A DNA stretch of 64,000 nt. Origin: Nannocystales bacterium. Lineage in GTDB: Bacteria > Myxococcota_A > Polyangia > Nannocystales > Nannocystaceae. Under the pieces are notes generated by a model. That model was not told the DNA's origin. It did no database searches and saw only the letters and a list, made by a program, of their open reading frames with translations. The stretch spans positions 50,496 to 114,495 of the forward strand of contig JBOEGF010000021.1 of NCBI GenBank assembly GCA_050633305.1, written 5' to 3'. Below, one piece after another: positions 38,817 to 47,793 of this stretch. Within the stretch, counting starts at the first letter, position 1. Each line of letters starts with the position of its first letter. Both the position numbers and the translations under genes were made by a program.

Positions 38817-40007
38817 CTACAGCAGGCCGGCTTCTTTGGCGAACAGCTCCATGTTGCCGGCCGCGTTGGCCAGGTCGTCACGGGTCTTGATCGGAAGGAA
38901 TCGTCGGTCCCGTTCGACATCGAGATACGCGCTCTGCACAAACTCCGTGCCCTGACCGATCAGGCGCTCGAACTGCACGACCTCGAGCTTGCCGTCCTTG
39001 AGCTCGCGTGTCCCCGAGGGCCAGTCGATCTTCTTGCGGACGGCGAACCAGGTCAGCGGGATGTCGATGTCGACGGCAGACGCGGTGAGCCAGAGCGTGT
39101 TGGTGTTGAAGTGCGGGTAGTCGGCGAGGTCCGTGCCTTCGGGCAGGCGGAACCCTTCGATGATCGCGGGCCGGCCGTTGGTGGGAAGCTGCGCGATGCA
39201 GCCGCCCGCGTCCCCCTCGACCCGACGGACGACCTCGACCGAGATCCCTGCGCCTTGCTCGGCATTTTCGATGTGGGCTCCGAGCACGAACGGGTCCAGT
39301 GAGGCGCCGACGTTGTCGACATTGGAGACCAGGATGTGCTCGACACCTCGCTCGCGAAGCTTGCCCAGGACGCCGCTGTCGCGAAGTCGGCCGAGGGTGT
39401 CGCCGTGGCCCGGTGCGGAGTAGAGCGCCGCAGGCGGAAGGTCGGCGGACTCGGGGAGATCTTGAAGCGGCGTCCCGTCGGGAAGCACCCGAGGCATGAT
39501 CGACTGAGAGAAGCTGTAGCGATCGTCTTGAGCGATCCCCCCCCAGCCGATCGTTTCCAGGTGCGCTTCGCTCGCGCCTTCGGTTGCGAAGCTGTGCATG
39601 AGGACGACGGGGATCGCTCCGCCGAGGGCCTCGGAGCGCTGCTTGATCTCAGCCAGCTTGATGGCGAGGAAGCTGACGTCGTCATGGCCGGGGACGACGG
39701 GGACGATGCCCTTTGCGCCGCCGCCAAAGCGGGTGGCCATGCCTCCGTTGAGGACGAGGATGGCGACCGAGCCCGCCTTGATCGCCGCCTCGCCCTTGGC
39801 GGTGAGCCGGGTTCGGACCGCGTCGGCATCGGCGGCACTGGGCCGAAGGTCGGTGGGGGCTTCGGTCAGGGTGGCGGGGGCTTGGGACAGCCGGTTGGCC
39901 TTGGGGTCCAGGCAGCCGCTGCCAACCTTGTCGCGAAGGGCAGAAAACTGAGCGTTGTCAAAGGAGTACGAGCGAACCGGCTGCCGAAGTTCCACGGCCC
40001 CTGCCAT
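38817..40007 (-). CDS. UDPGP-family nucleotidyltransferase (UTP--glucose-1-phosphate uridylyltransferase-like)
   Basis: LNGGMATRFGGGAKG, APGHGD, SNVDNVGA, FNTNTLW, QFERL, RFLPIKT. Confidence 0.85.
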   Translation of the reverse strand: MAGAVELRQPVRSYSFDNAQFSALRDKVGSGCLDPKANRLSQAPATLTEAPTDLRPSAADADAVRTRLTAKGEAAIKAGSVAILVLNGGMATRFGGGAKGIVPVVPGHDDVSFLAIKLAEIKQRSEALGGAIPVVLMHSFATEGASEAHLETIGWGGIAQDDRYSFSQSIMPRVLPDGTPLQDLPESADLPPAALYSAPGHGDTLGRLRDSGVLGKLRERGVEHILVSNVDNVGASLDPFVLGAHIENAEQGAGISVEVVRRVEGDAGGCIAQLPTNGRPAIIEGFRLPEGTDLADYPHFNTNTLWLTASAVDIDIPLTWFAVRKKIDWPSGTRELKDGKLEVVQFERLIGQGTEFVQSAYLDVERDRRFLPIKTRDDLANAAGNMELFAKEAGLL

Positions 40008-40249
40008 ATCATCGGGCTGTGGCCCGTGCTAGTGTCCCGGCCAATCCTGGCGCCCGCAGATTGCGCGCCACCGAGTTTTTCCCCGGCGGAGCTTCAACCG
40101 CCGAACACCGCGAGCGACGAGGCTGCGACCTCGCTGACGTACCCGCAGATGCACCACCAGACGGACAACCGGCCGGACAGGTGCCCGTCTGCGGACCCGC
40201 CCCCGCAGCTCGCGAACCCATAGACCTCTCGACTTCATTCGATACCTCC

Positions 40250-41833
40250 ATGGCACAATCGGTCATCGTCGTGAATGCGGACGGCCCCGAGAAGCGGGTC
40301 GCCCTCATCGAAAACGGAATCCTCTCTGAGCTGTACGTCGAGCGCGAGCGCGCCCGAGGCACGGTCGGCAACGTCTACAAGGGACGCGTGCTTCGCGTAC
40401 TTCCTGGGATGCAGGCTGCCTTCGTCGACATCGGCGAAGAGAAAGCCGCGTTCTTGTATGCGGGCGACATCGCAAAAAAGGGCAAGAACGAAGACGAAGA
40501 AAAGCTTCGGGTCAGCCGTGATGGCGTCTCGCCTCCACGTCGCTCGGGCAAGCCCGATCCGATCGCCGAGCTGGTCAAGCCAGGCCAGGAGATCCTCGTT
40601 CAGGTCGTCAAGGATCCGATCTCCAACAAGGGGGCGCGGATCACCTCCTACGTGTCGCTGCCTGGGCGCAACGTCGTGTTCATGCCGACGGTGAGCCACA
40701 TCGGCATCTCGCGTCGCATCGAAAAGGAGCGCGACCGTAGGCGCTTGCGCAAGCTGGTCGACCAGATGCGCCCCAAAGGCGCCGGGTTCATCGTTCGCAC
40801 CGTCTCCGAGAACGCGACCAACGGGCAGGTTCGCGCCGACATGGATTACCTCCTTCGGTTGTGGTCCAACATCAAGGCCAACGAGCGCATCCACCGGGCC
40901 CCGGTGATGCTCTACCGCGACCTCGACCTGACGTTGCGCGTCGTGCGAGACAACCTCTCGCCCGAACTCGACCGGGTCATCTGCGACGACCGCGTTCAAC
41001 ACGATCGGCTCAAGCGGTTCGTCGAGACGTTCATGCCGGACTATGCCGACAAGATCGAGCTCTACCAACGCGGTGAGCCCATCTTCGACGGCTACGGCAT
41101 CGAGCTCGAGATCGACCGCGCGCTCGAGCGCAAGGTCGGGCTCAAGAGCGGCGGCTCGCTGATCTTCGACCAAGGCGAGGCGCTCACCGCGGTCGACGTC
41201 AACACGGGCAAGTTCGTCGGGTCCAAGGGGCGAACGCTCGAGGAGACGATCACCCAGACCAACCTCGAGGCCGCCGAAGAGGTCGCCGATCAGCTCCGCC
41301 TGCGCAACGTGGGTGGCTTGATCATCATCGACTTCATCGACATGGACAAAGAGTCCAACCGCCGGAAGGTCTACCGCAAGCTCCAGGACGCGCTGCGCAA
41401 GGACCGAGCCAAGGCCCACATCACCAAGATCTCGGAGATGGGTCTGGTCGAGATGAGCCGCAAGCGGACCCGAGAGAGCCTGGGGCGGATGCTCACTGCC
41501 ACGTGCAAGCACTGCAACGGCAAGGGCTACACCAAGTCGCCCTCCACCGTGGCCTACGAGATCCTCCGCGAGATTCGGCGCGATGCCGCGCACATGCCTG
41601 GCGAGAACATCGCGGTCTACGCCAACCCCGAGGTCTCTGACCTGATGCGGGGCGCCGAATCGACCGCGGTCGACGACACGGTCAAGCGGGTGCACCGAGC
41701 CATCGAGATCCACTCCCGGAAGAGTTTTCACGTCGAGCAGTTCGAGGTGAAGGGGAAGGTGCCGGGCAAGGGTCCACGCCGTCGGGACGGAAAACGCTCC
41801 GACTCCGAAGACGACGCCGCGGCCTCTGCCTGA
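40250..41833 (+). CDS. rng: Rne/Rng family ribonuclease (RNase G-length)
   Basis: GNVYKGRVLRVLPGMQAAFVDIG, VQVVKDPISNKGAR, AVDVNTG, LRLRNVGGLIIIDFIDM, CKHCNGKG. Confidence 0.93.
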   Translation: MAQSVIVVNADGPEKRVALIENGILSELYVERERARGTVGNVYKGRVLRVLPGMQAAFVDIGEEKAAFLYAGDIAKKGKNEDEEKLRVSRDGVSPPRRSGKPDPIAELVKPGQEILVQVVKDPISNKGARITSYVSLPGRNVVFMPTVSHIGISRRIEKERDRRRLRKLVDQMRPKGAGFIVRTVSENATNGQVRADMDYLLRLWSNIKANERIHRAPVMLYRDLDLTLRVVRDNLSPELDRVICDDRVQHDRLKRFVETFMPDYADKIELYQRGEPIFDGYGIELEIDRALERKVGLKSGGSLIFDQGEALTAVDVNTGKFVGSKGRTLEETITQTNLEAAEEVADQLRLRNVGGLIIIDFIDMDKESNRRKVYRKLQDALRKDRAKAHITKISEMGLVEMSRKRTRESLGRMLTATCKHCNGKGYTKSPSTVAYEILREIRRDAAHMPGENIAVYANPEVSDLMRGAESTAVDDTVKRVHRAIEIHSRKSFHVEQFEVKGKVPGKGPRRRDGKRSDSEDDAAASA

Positions 41834-41911
41834 GGACCGTGAGCAACCCGTGGTGAAACGGGACACGATCCCTCGTGCCGAGTTCCACCGCGGGCTGCTA
41901 AAGTGATGTCA

Positions 41912-42451
41912 ATGGGTGAGCCTCCGGACGATCGGCGCCGGGCCGAACGGGTGGCCGTGAACTTCGAGTTCCGCGGCGACGCCGACATGCCTACCCATGT
42001 CGCGAACCTTTCCGAGTACGGGGTGTTCGTGCAGACCGATCGGCACTTGCCGCTGGGAACCGTCGTCGACCTTCGGTTCACGGTCGTGCTCGAGGACCCC
42101 GTGGTCATCGAGGGCCGGGGCCGGGTCGTTCGCTACCAGGCCGACCCGGTGGTCGGGATGGGATTCGAGTTCACGCAACTCGATCCCGAGATGCTGCTCC
42201 GGGTTGCGGACGTGGTGCGCCGCAACCGCCCCCGCGACTCCGGTCCTCCGGTGGAAGATGGCGCCGAGGCTCAGCACGATGCGCGGCCGGAGCGGATCGT
42301 GCGGGCAAAGCGCGTCGATGCTCCCGTCACGTTCACCCCGGGATCGGGCGAAGACGAAGAAGCGGCGCAGACCCTCGTCAACCTCCGCGCAGTGGACGTT
42401 GAGATCATTGAAGACCCCGACCTCCCGTCCGATGACGGCGGCGACTTGTAG
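41912..42451 (+). CDS. PilZ-domain protein
   Basis: RRRAERV and NLSEYGVFV motifs, GMGFEF; ATG 41912 lies 7 nt after TAAAGT. Confidence 0.85.
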   Translation: MGEPPDDRRRAERVAVNFEFRGDADMPTHVANLSEYGVFVQTDRHLPLGTVVDLRFTVVLEDPVVIEGRGRVVRYQADPVVGMGFEFTQLDPEMLLRVADVVRRNRPRDSGPPVEDGAEAQHDARPERIVRAKRVDAPVTFTPGSGEDEEAAQTLVNLRAVDVEIIEDPDLPSDDGGDL

Positions 42452-42487
42452 GCGGCGGCCTATACTGTTCTTCCTAGGTTTTTCGTC

Positions 42488-42997
42488 GTGAGTATCGGTA
42501 AGCGTCTCCTCGATCTGGCTCGGTCCAACGTCACCGACTTCCGCGATGCGTTCTCATCCGATGCGCTGCGGGACCTCCTCAACTCCGACCAAAGCTCGGA
42601 CCCGCTTTCCGCGGAGTCCGCAGAGTCGGAAGTGGCCCCGGATGAGAGCACGTCCAAGGGCGGCACGACCGGGGCCAAGGCTGGTCGTCAGGCGCGGCGA
42701 TTCAAGGATGCCGCGGAAGACGCTTGGGAGAGAGCCTACGAAAATGCCCGGGCGAAGGCTGGCGTTCGGGGGGATCCACCCTCCGACCCGCTCGCCCAGC
42801 GCAAGCTCTGGTACCGCACCCTCGAAGTCGACTCGGGCGCTGATCTACGGACGGTCCGAAAGGCCTACCGGAAGCAGCTCTTGAAGTATCATCCCGACCG
42901 CCACGCAAGCGACCCGGAGAAGTACAAGGCTGCAACCGAGGTCACCCGGCGTTTGACCGAGGCGTACAACGGGCTCACTCGATACCTCGGCGGGTGA
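42488..42997 (+). CDS. Protein with C-terminal J-domain (DnaJ-like)
   Basis: YRTLEV...VRKAYRKQLLKYHPDRH...LTEAYNGL (HPD motif). Confidence 0.88.
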   Translation: MSIGKRLLDLARSNVTDFRDAFSSDALRDLLNSDQSSDPLSAESAESEVAPDESTSKGGTTGAKAGRQARRFKDAAEDAWERAYENARAKAGVRGDPPSDPLAQRKLWYRTLEVDSGADLRTVRKAYRKQLLKYHPDRHASDPEKYKAATEVTRRLTEAYNGLTRYLGG

Positions 42998-43084
42998 GCC
43001 CACGGTCGGGGTTCAATCCTTCCGCAGATGGCAGCGGAAGGGCCGACCCCACCGAGCACACCGACGAGGTTCTCGAGACTTCCA

Positions 43085-43960
43085 ATGCAAATCCAGACCG
43101 ACGTTTCCCCGCAGAAGCGTGCCAAGAAGCGCTCCAAAAAATCTTCGAAGAAGACCGGCGCCAAGAAGAAAACCCTGGCCGAGCAGGCCGATCATCACGC
43201 GCTGTATGAGCGGGCTGTACAGGATCCGCAGACCGACGCGGCGATGCTGGGCAAGCTCTATCGTCGGGTGCGGAAGCGCCGGGCCAAGCTCATGCGTGAG
43301 GATTTTTGCGGGACGGGGTCGCTGTCGACCGAGTGGGTCAAAGGGGGCTCCGAGCGCACCGCCTATGGCGTCGACCTCCATCGTCCGACGCTCGACTGGG
43401 GGCTCGAGAACAACGTCGCTCCGCTGTCGTCGACCGTGGCCAAGCGCATCAACCTCGTCGAAGGCAACGTGCTGCACGAGCGCGGGCCCAAGGCCGACAT
43501 CACGTGCGCGTTGAACTTCAGCTACTGCTGCCTCAAGGACCGTAAGTCGCTCGTCGCCTACTTCAAGAATGTCCGGAAGAATCTCGCGAAGGACGGGGTC
43601 TTCGTCATGGACGTCCTCGGCGGCACCGAGACGATGGGGCCGGACGAGAACCGCCACGACCTCGGTGGCTTCACCTACCGCTGGAAGCAGCATTTCTTCG
43701 ATCCGCTCACGCACGAGATGCGGGCAACGATCAGCTTCTTCTTCTCGGACGGATCCAAGATCTCGCCCGCCTTCGAATACGACTGGCGGCTTTGGACGAT
43801 GCCCGAGTTGTGCGACGCGCTTGAGGAGGCGGGCTTCAGCCGCACCCATCGGATGTGGGAGCGCACCGACAAGAAGGGGGAGGGGACCGGGGAGTTCGAC
43901 GAGCCCAAACGAGTGGAAAACCAGGAAAGCTGGTGGACCTACCTGATCGCGGAGCGATGA
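43085..43960 (+). CDS. Class I SAM-dependent methyltransferase (paralog 1)
   Basis: MREDFCGTG motif I, GVDLH, DITCALNFSY, YDWRLWT; Lys-rich N-terminus. Start uncertain (43028 possible). Confidence 0.85.
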   Translation: MQIQTDVSPQKRAKKRSKKSSKKTGAKKKTLAEQADHHALYERAVQDPQTDAAMLGKLYRRVRKRRAKLMREDFCGTGSLSTEWVKGGSERTAYGVDLHRPTLDWGLENNVAPLSSTVAKRINLVEGNVLHERGPKADITCALNFSYCCLKDRKSLVAYFKNVRKNLAKDGVFVMDVLGGTETMGPDENRHDLGGFTYRWKQHFFDPLTHEMRATISFFFSDGSKISPAFEYDWRLWTMPELCDALEEAGFSRTHRMWERTDKKGEGTGEFDEPKRVENQESWWTYLIAER

Positions 43961-44823
43961 TGGCCAAGCCCAACAAGAACAAGTCGAACAAGAACAAGTC
44001 GAAGGGCAAGGGGCGCGCGAAGCCCAAGAAGAAGTCCATCGCGACGCGGGCCGACAAGCACAAGCTCTACCAGGCTGCCGTGCAGGCGCCCGAAGCCGAC
44101 GTGGAGTTCTTCTCGAAGGTCTTCAAGGACCTTCGTGGCCGCACCGCGCTCTCGATGCGCGAGGACTTCTGCGGCACCGCATTCCTCAGCTGCACCTGGG
44201 CCGACAGCAAGAAAACGCGCACTGCGTTCGGCGTCGACCTGGACGAGCCCACGTTGCAGTGGGGCCGGGAGCACAACTTGGCCCCGCTGTCCGAGGCAGC
44301 CCAAGCCCGCGTGCAGCTGGCCAACGGCAACGTGCTCGACGGCCTGGGCGAGCCCACCGACCTCACCTGCGCCCTGAACTTCAGCTACGGCGTATTCAAG
44401 ACTCGGGACGAGCTGCGGCGCTACTTCGAGGTTGCGCGCGAGAAGTTGGCACCCGACGGTATTTTCATCACCGAGCTGTACGGAGGCTTCGAAGCCGTCG
44501 TCGAGGTGGAAGAAGAGCGGGAACTCGACGGCTTCACGTACATCTGGGAGCAGGCGAGCTACAACCCGATCAACCACCACACCCTGTGCCACATCCACTT
44601 CGAGTTTCCCGACGGTAGCAAGATCCGCAAGGCGTTCACGTACGACTGGCGTCTGTGGACCGTCCCCGAGCTGCGCGAAATCTTGATCGAAGCCGGATTT
44701 GCAGACACCAAGGTGTACTGGGAGCGGACGGACGACGACGGCGATGGCACCGGCGACTACCAGGTCACCGAAGAAGAAGAGAACCAGGACAGCTGGCTCG
44801 TCTACATCGTTGGCGTGAAGTGA
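43957..44823 (+). CDS. Class I SAM-dependent methyltransferase (paralog 2)
   Basis: MREDFCGTA, GVDLD, DLTCALNFSY, YDWRLWT; ATGA overlap with paralog 1. Confidence 0.87.
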   Translation: MMAKPNKNKSNKNKSKGKGRAKPKKKSIATRADKHKLYQAAVQAPEADVEFFSKVFKDLRGRTALSMREDFCGTAFLSCTWADSKKTRTAFGVDLDEPTLQWGREHNLAPLSEAAQARVQLANGNVLDGLGEPTDLTCALNFSYGVFKTRDELRRYFEVAREKLAPDGIFITELYGGFEAVVEVEEERELDGFTYIWEQASYNPINHHTLCHIHFEFPDGSKIRKAFTYDWRLWTVPELREILIEAGFADTKVYWERTDDDGDGTGDYQVTEEEENQDSWLVYIVGVK

Positions 44824-44824
44824 A

Positions 44825-45789
44825 CTACGGCTCGCAGTCCAACGACTGAGTTGAGACGACCACATCGTCGATGTACCGGCGGTGGTCGTTCTGCAGGGCC
44901 GTCTCCATATAGGTGGGGAGCGAGATCAGGTTGAAGCCGAGGGACGACTGCGAGCCGCGGAAGTTGAGTCCCGTGACGGCCGCGTCGGGCTGGCCATCGA
45001 CGAGGACCTCGAGCAGTCCGTCCGAGTTTCCGGCGGCGTTGAGGCGTGCATGGACCACGGCGCAATGCCAGTCCTGTACAACCGATTCGTCGAACACCGA
45101 GACCAGCCCCGCTTCACCGCCGAGGTAACTCAGGCTGCTCCAGTCGTCGGTCCCGTCGCAGAGGTGTTGGTCTCCGAACACGCAGGTGAAGGCACTGTTT
45201 CGAATCGCAGGTTCAGACTGGCCCGCAGAGATTCGCGCCTTGAAGGTGGACGCCCAGCCCGGGCCGTCGACGCCATCGACCGAGAGAAGGTCTCCGGGCC
45301 CCCGGATCGGCCAGCCTCGGTCCGAACGGAATCGTGCTCGGACCCACACCTCCTCGAAGTGCCCGTCGGGCTCGGTGATGTTATTGGCCTCGGGCCCTTG
45401 GCCGAAGCGAATGAGGAGCTCCCCAACCCAGTTCTGTTGAGCGAAGTGGGTGATCTCCAAGGCGTCGGAGCTCTCGTAGCCGGGTCCGCCGATCGCCATC
45501 CCTCCGCCGTCGACCACCGCGAAGTGGCTGGCAAGGTCGGCGATCCCCTCGAAGTCCTCGCACAACACCCAGTTCTCAGGCAGAGGCTGGGGACACCCTG
45601 AGTCGAGGTCGACGTCGCCGGTTTCGGTCGCTCCTGCGGTGGGGTCGTCCGTGGTTTCGTCGGAGGGTCCAGAACTCGCCGCCTCGGTCGTCGAGGTGAG
45701 GGGCGGTGCAGTGCTGGCGGCTCCTGTCGTTGGTGCTGGACCGTTCGTGGTCGAGGCCTCACTTCCCGCGCTGTCTGTTGCAGGGCTAG
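44825..45789 (-). pseudogene. 5'-truncated secreted protein (Thr/Ser linker + polysaccharide-lyase/LamG-like beta-sandwich)
   Basis: WVLCEDFE and WHCAVVHARLN...DGLLEVLVDG motifs. The frame begins in a linker with no signal peptide, runs into the opposite-strand fabG start, and has an in-frame stop at 45845-45847. Confidence 0.65.
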
Positions 45790-45816
45790 TGTCTTCAGGC
45801 CCAACGAGGAAAACGA

Positions 45817-46548
45817 GTGAACGCTCCAACAACGACAGCTCTCGTCACTGGCGCAAGCCGTGGCATCGGTGCGGCCATCGCTCGCCGCCTGGCCGCGGAC
45901 GGGTTTCGGATTCTGGTGAACTATCGCTCCAATGCCGAGGCCGCCGCTGCTGTGGTCGCGGAGATCGAAGCACAGGGCGGCCAGGCTCAGCTGTGTCCGT
46001 TTGACGTCCGCGATCGGGATGCCGTCCGCGCCGCGCTCGAGGCGTTCGAGAGCGACGGCGTGGAGATCGGCGTGGTGGTCAACAATGCCGGCGTCCTCGC
46101 GGATGCCCCGTTCCCGTCCATCGAGCCCGAGAGCTGGGACTCGGTGGTGCGCACGACCTTGGACGGCTTCTACAACGTCACGAGGTCGCTCGTGATGCCG
46201 ATGGTGCGCCGTCGGTGGGGACGGATCATCAACATCGCCTCCGTCTCCGGCCTGATCGGGGTTCGCGGGCAGACCAACTACTCCGCCGCCAAAGGCGGCC
46301 TCATTGCGGCGACGCGCTCATTGGCCCAAGAGGTCGCAAAACGGAAGGTCACGGTGAACGCCGTGGCCCCGGGACTCATCGAGACCGAAATGATCGAGAA
46401 GGTCCACCTGGACCGAGTGCTCGAGAGAATCCCTGCCCGGCGGTTGGGGCAGCCCGACGAGGTCGCTGCGCTCGTCGGATACCTGGCAAGTCCCGAGGCG
46501 GGCTACATCACCGGGCAAGTCATCGGAATCAACGGAGGGCTAGCATGA
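45817..46548 (+). CDS. fabG: 3-oxoacyl-ACP reductase (ApeQ-like)
   Basis: TGASRGIG, NNAG, YSAAK, VNAVAPGLIET. Confidence 0.92.
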   Translation: MNAPTTTALVTGASRGIGAAIARRLAADGFRILVNYRSNAEAAAAVVAEIEAQGGQAQLCPFDVRDRDAVRAALEAFESDGVEIGVVVNNAGVLADAPFPSIEPESWDSVVRTTLDGFYNVTRSLVMPMVRRRWGRIINIASVSGLIGVRGQTNYSAAKGGLIAATRSLAQEVAKRKVTVNAVAPGLIETEMIEKVHLDRVLERIPARRLGQPDEVAALVGYLASPEAGYITGQVIGINGGLA

Positions 46549-47780
46549 CATCCCCACGCGTCGTCATCACAGGGCTCGGGCTGGCCAGCCCGCTGGGAAA
46601 CTCGTACTCGGAGATCACCGAAGGGTTACGCAGCGGCCGCTCTGCGGTGCAGTACATCGAGGAGTGGAGCCGGATCGAACGCCTGGCCTCTTTGGTCGCC
46701 GGTCGGGTCGAAGGCTTGGAGTTCAAGGGGCGCTGGCCTCGAAAAAAATCCCGCACCTTCGGTCGTGTTGCCGCGTTGGCCGCGTACGCGACCGAGGCTG
46801 CCGTGGCCGATGCGGGTTTGGAGGCCGAGCGACTCACAGAGGAAGACGTCGGAGTCGCGTATGGCTCGACGCATGGTTCGTCCTCGGCGCAGGAGGACTT
46901 CTGCCGTCGCATCTTCGCGAACGACAGCCTCGGAACGGTGGCGTCCAGCGCCTACCTCAAGTTCATGAGCCACACGTGCGCGGCGAACTTGGCCCTGTTC
47001 TTCGGCATCCGAGGGCGGGTCTTGTCCACGTCCGCCGCTTGCGTCAGCGGTAGCCAGGGCATTGGCACCGGCTACGAGGCGATCCGTTCGGGCGCCGCCT
47101 CGATCATGCTTTGCGGAGGGGCCGAGGAGCTTCACTTCGTGCATGCGGGCGTGTTCGATGTGTTGTTCGCCGCATCGTCGAAGCACAACGACAACCCCTC
47201 GACCACCCCGCGTCCTTTCGACCGGGACCGAGACGGCCTCGCGGTTGCCGAGGGGGCCGGGACGGTGGTGTTGGAGAGCCTCGAACACGCGCAGGCACGC
47301 GGCGCGAAGATTCACGCCGAGGTCTTGGGCTTTGGCACAACATGCGACGGCACCCACCTCACCAACCCGTCGCCGGACGGAATGGCGCGGGCGATGAAGG
47401 CCGCGCTTCGGCAGGCCGAGATTTCACCGAGCGAGTTGGACTACGTCAACGCGCACGCGACGGCAACAACGGCAGGCGACATCGCCGAGAGCATCGCGAC
47501 GCTCGACGCGGTGGGCGACAAGGTGCCGGTCAGCTCCACGAAGGGCCAGACGGGACACACCTTGGGTGCCTGCGGATCCATCGAGTCCATCTTCTGCTTA
47601 TCGATGATGCGCAACGGGTTTTTGGCGACCAACCGCAACCTGGAGAACGTCGACCCCGAGTGTCGCGCGCTCAACTACCTGACCGGGGCCGCTGAAGACG
47701 CGACCGTGGACACCGTGATGAACAACAACTTTGCGTTCGGTGGGATCAACACATCCATCATCCTGCGCAAGTTCGCCTGA
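46545..47780 (+). CDS. Beta-ketoacyl-ACP synthase (FabF/ApeR-like)
   Basis: RVVITGLG, catalytic Cys in SAACVSGSQ, NAHATAT, GHTLGACG, NNFAFGGIN; ATGA overlap. Confidence 0.92.
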   Translation: MTSPRVVITGLGLASPLGNSYSEITEGLRSGRSAVQYIEEWSRIERLASLVAGRVEGLEFKGRWPRKKSRTFGRVAALAAYATEAAVADAGLEAERLTEEDVGVAYGSTHGSSSAQEDFCRRIFANDSLGTVASSAYLKFMSHTCAANLALFFGIRGRVLSTSAACVSGSQGIGTGYEAIRSGAASIMLCGGAEELHFVHAGVFDVLFAASSKHNDNPSTTPRPFDRDRDGLAVAEGAGTVVLESLEHAQARGAKIHAEVLGFGTTCDGTHLTNPSPDGMARAMKAALRQAEISPSELDYVNAHATATTAGDIAESIATLDAVGDKVPVSSTKGQTGHTLGACGSIESIFCLSMMRNGFLATNRNLENVDPECRALNYLTGAAEDATVDTVMNNNFAFGGINTSIILRKFA

Positions 47781-47793
47781 GGCTGTGAGCAGG

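Noticed and set aside
45786..45789. An IS element at the breakpoint
   Set aside because: Only a CTAG tetramer is present; I saw no transposase, terminal inverted repeats or target duplication anywhere in the window.
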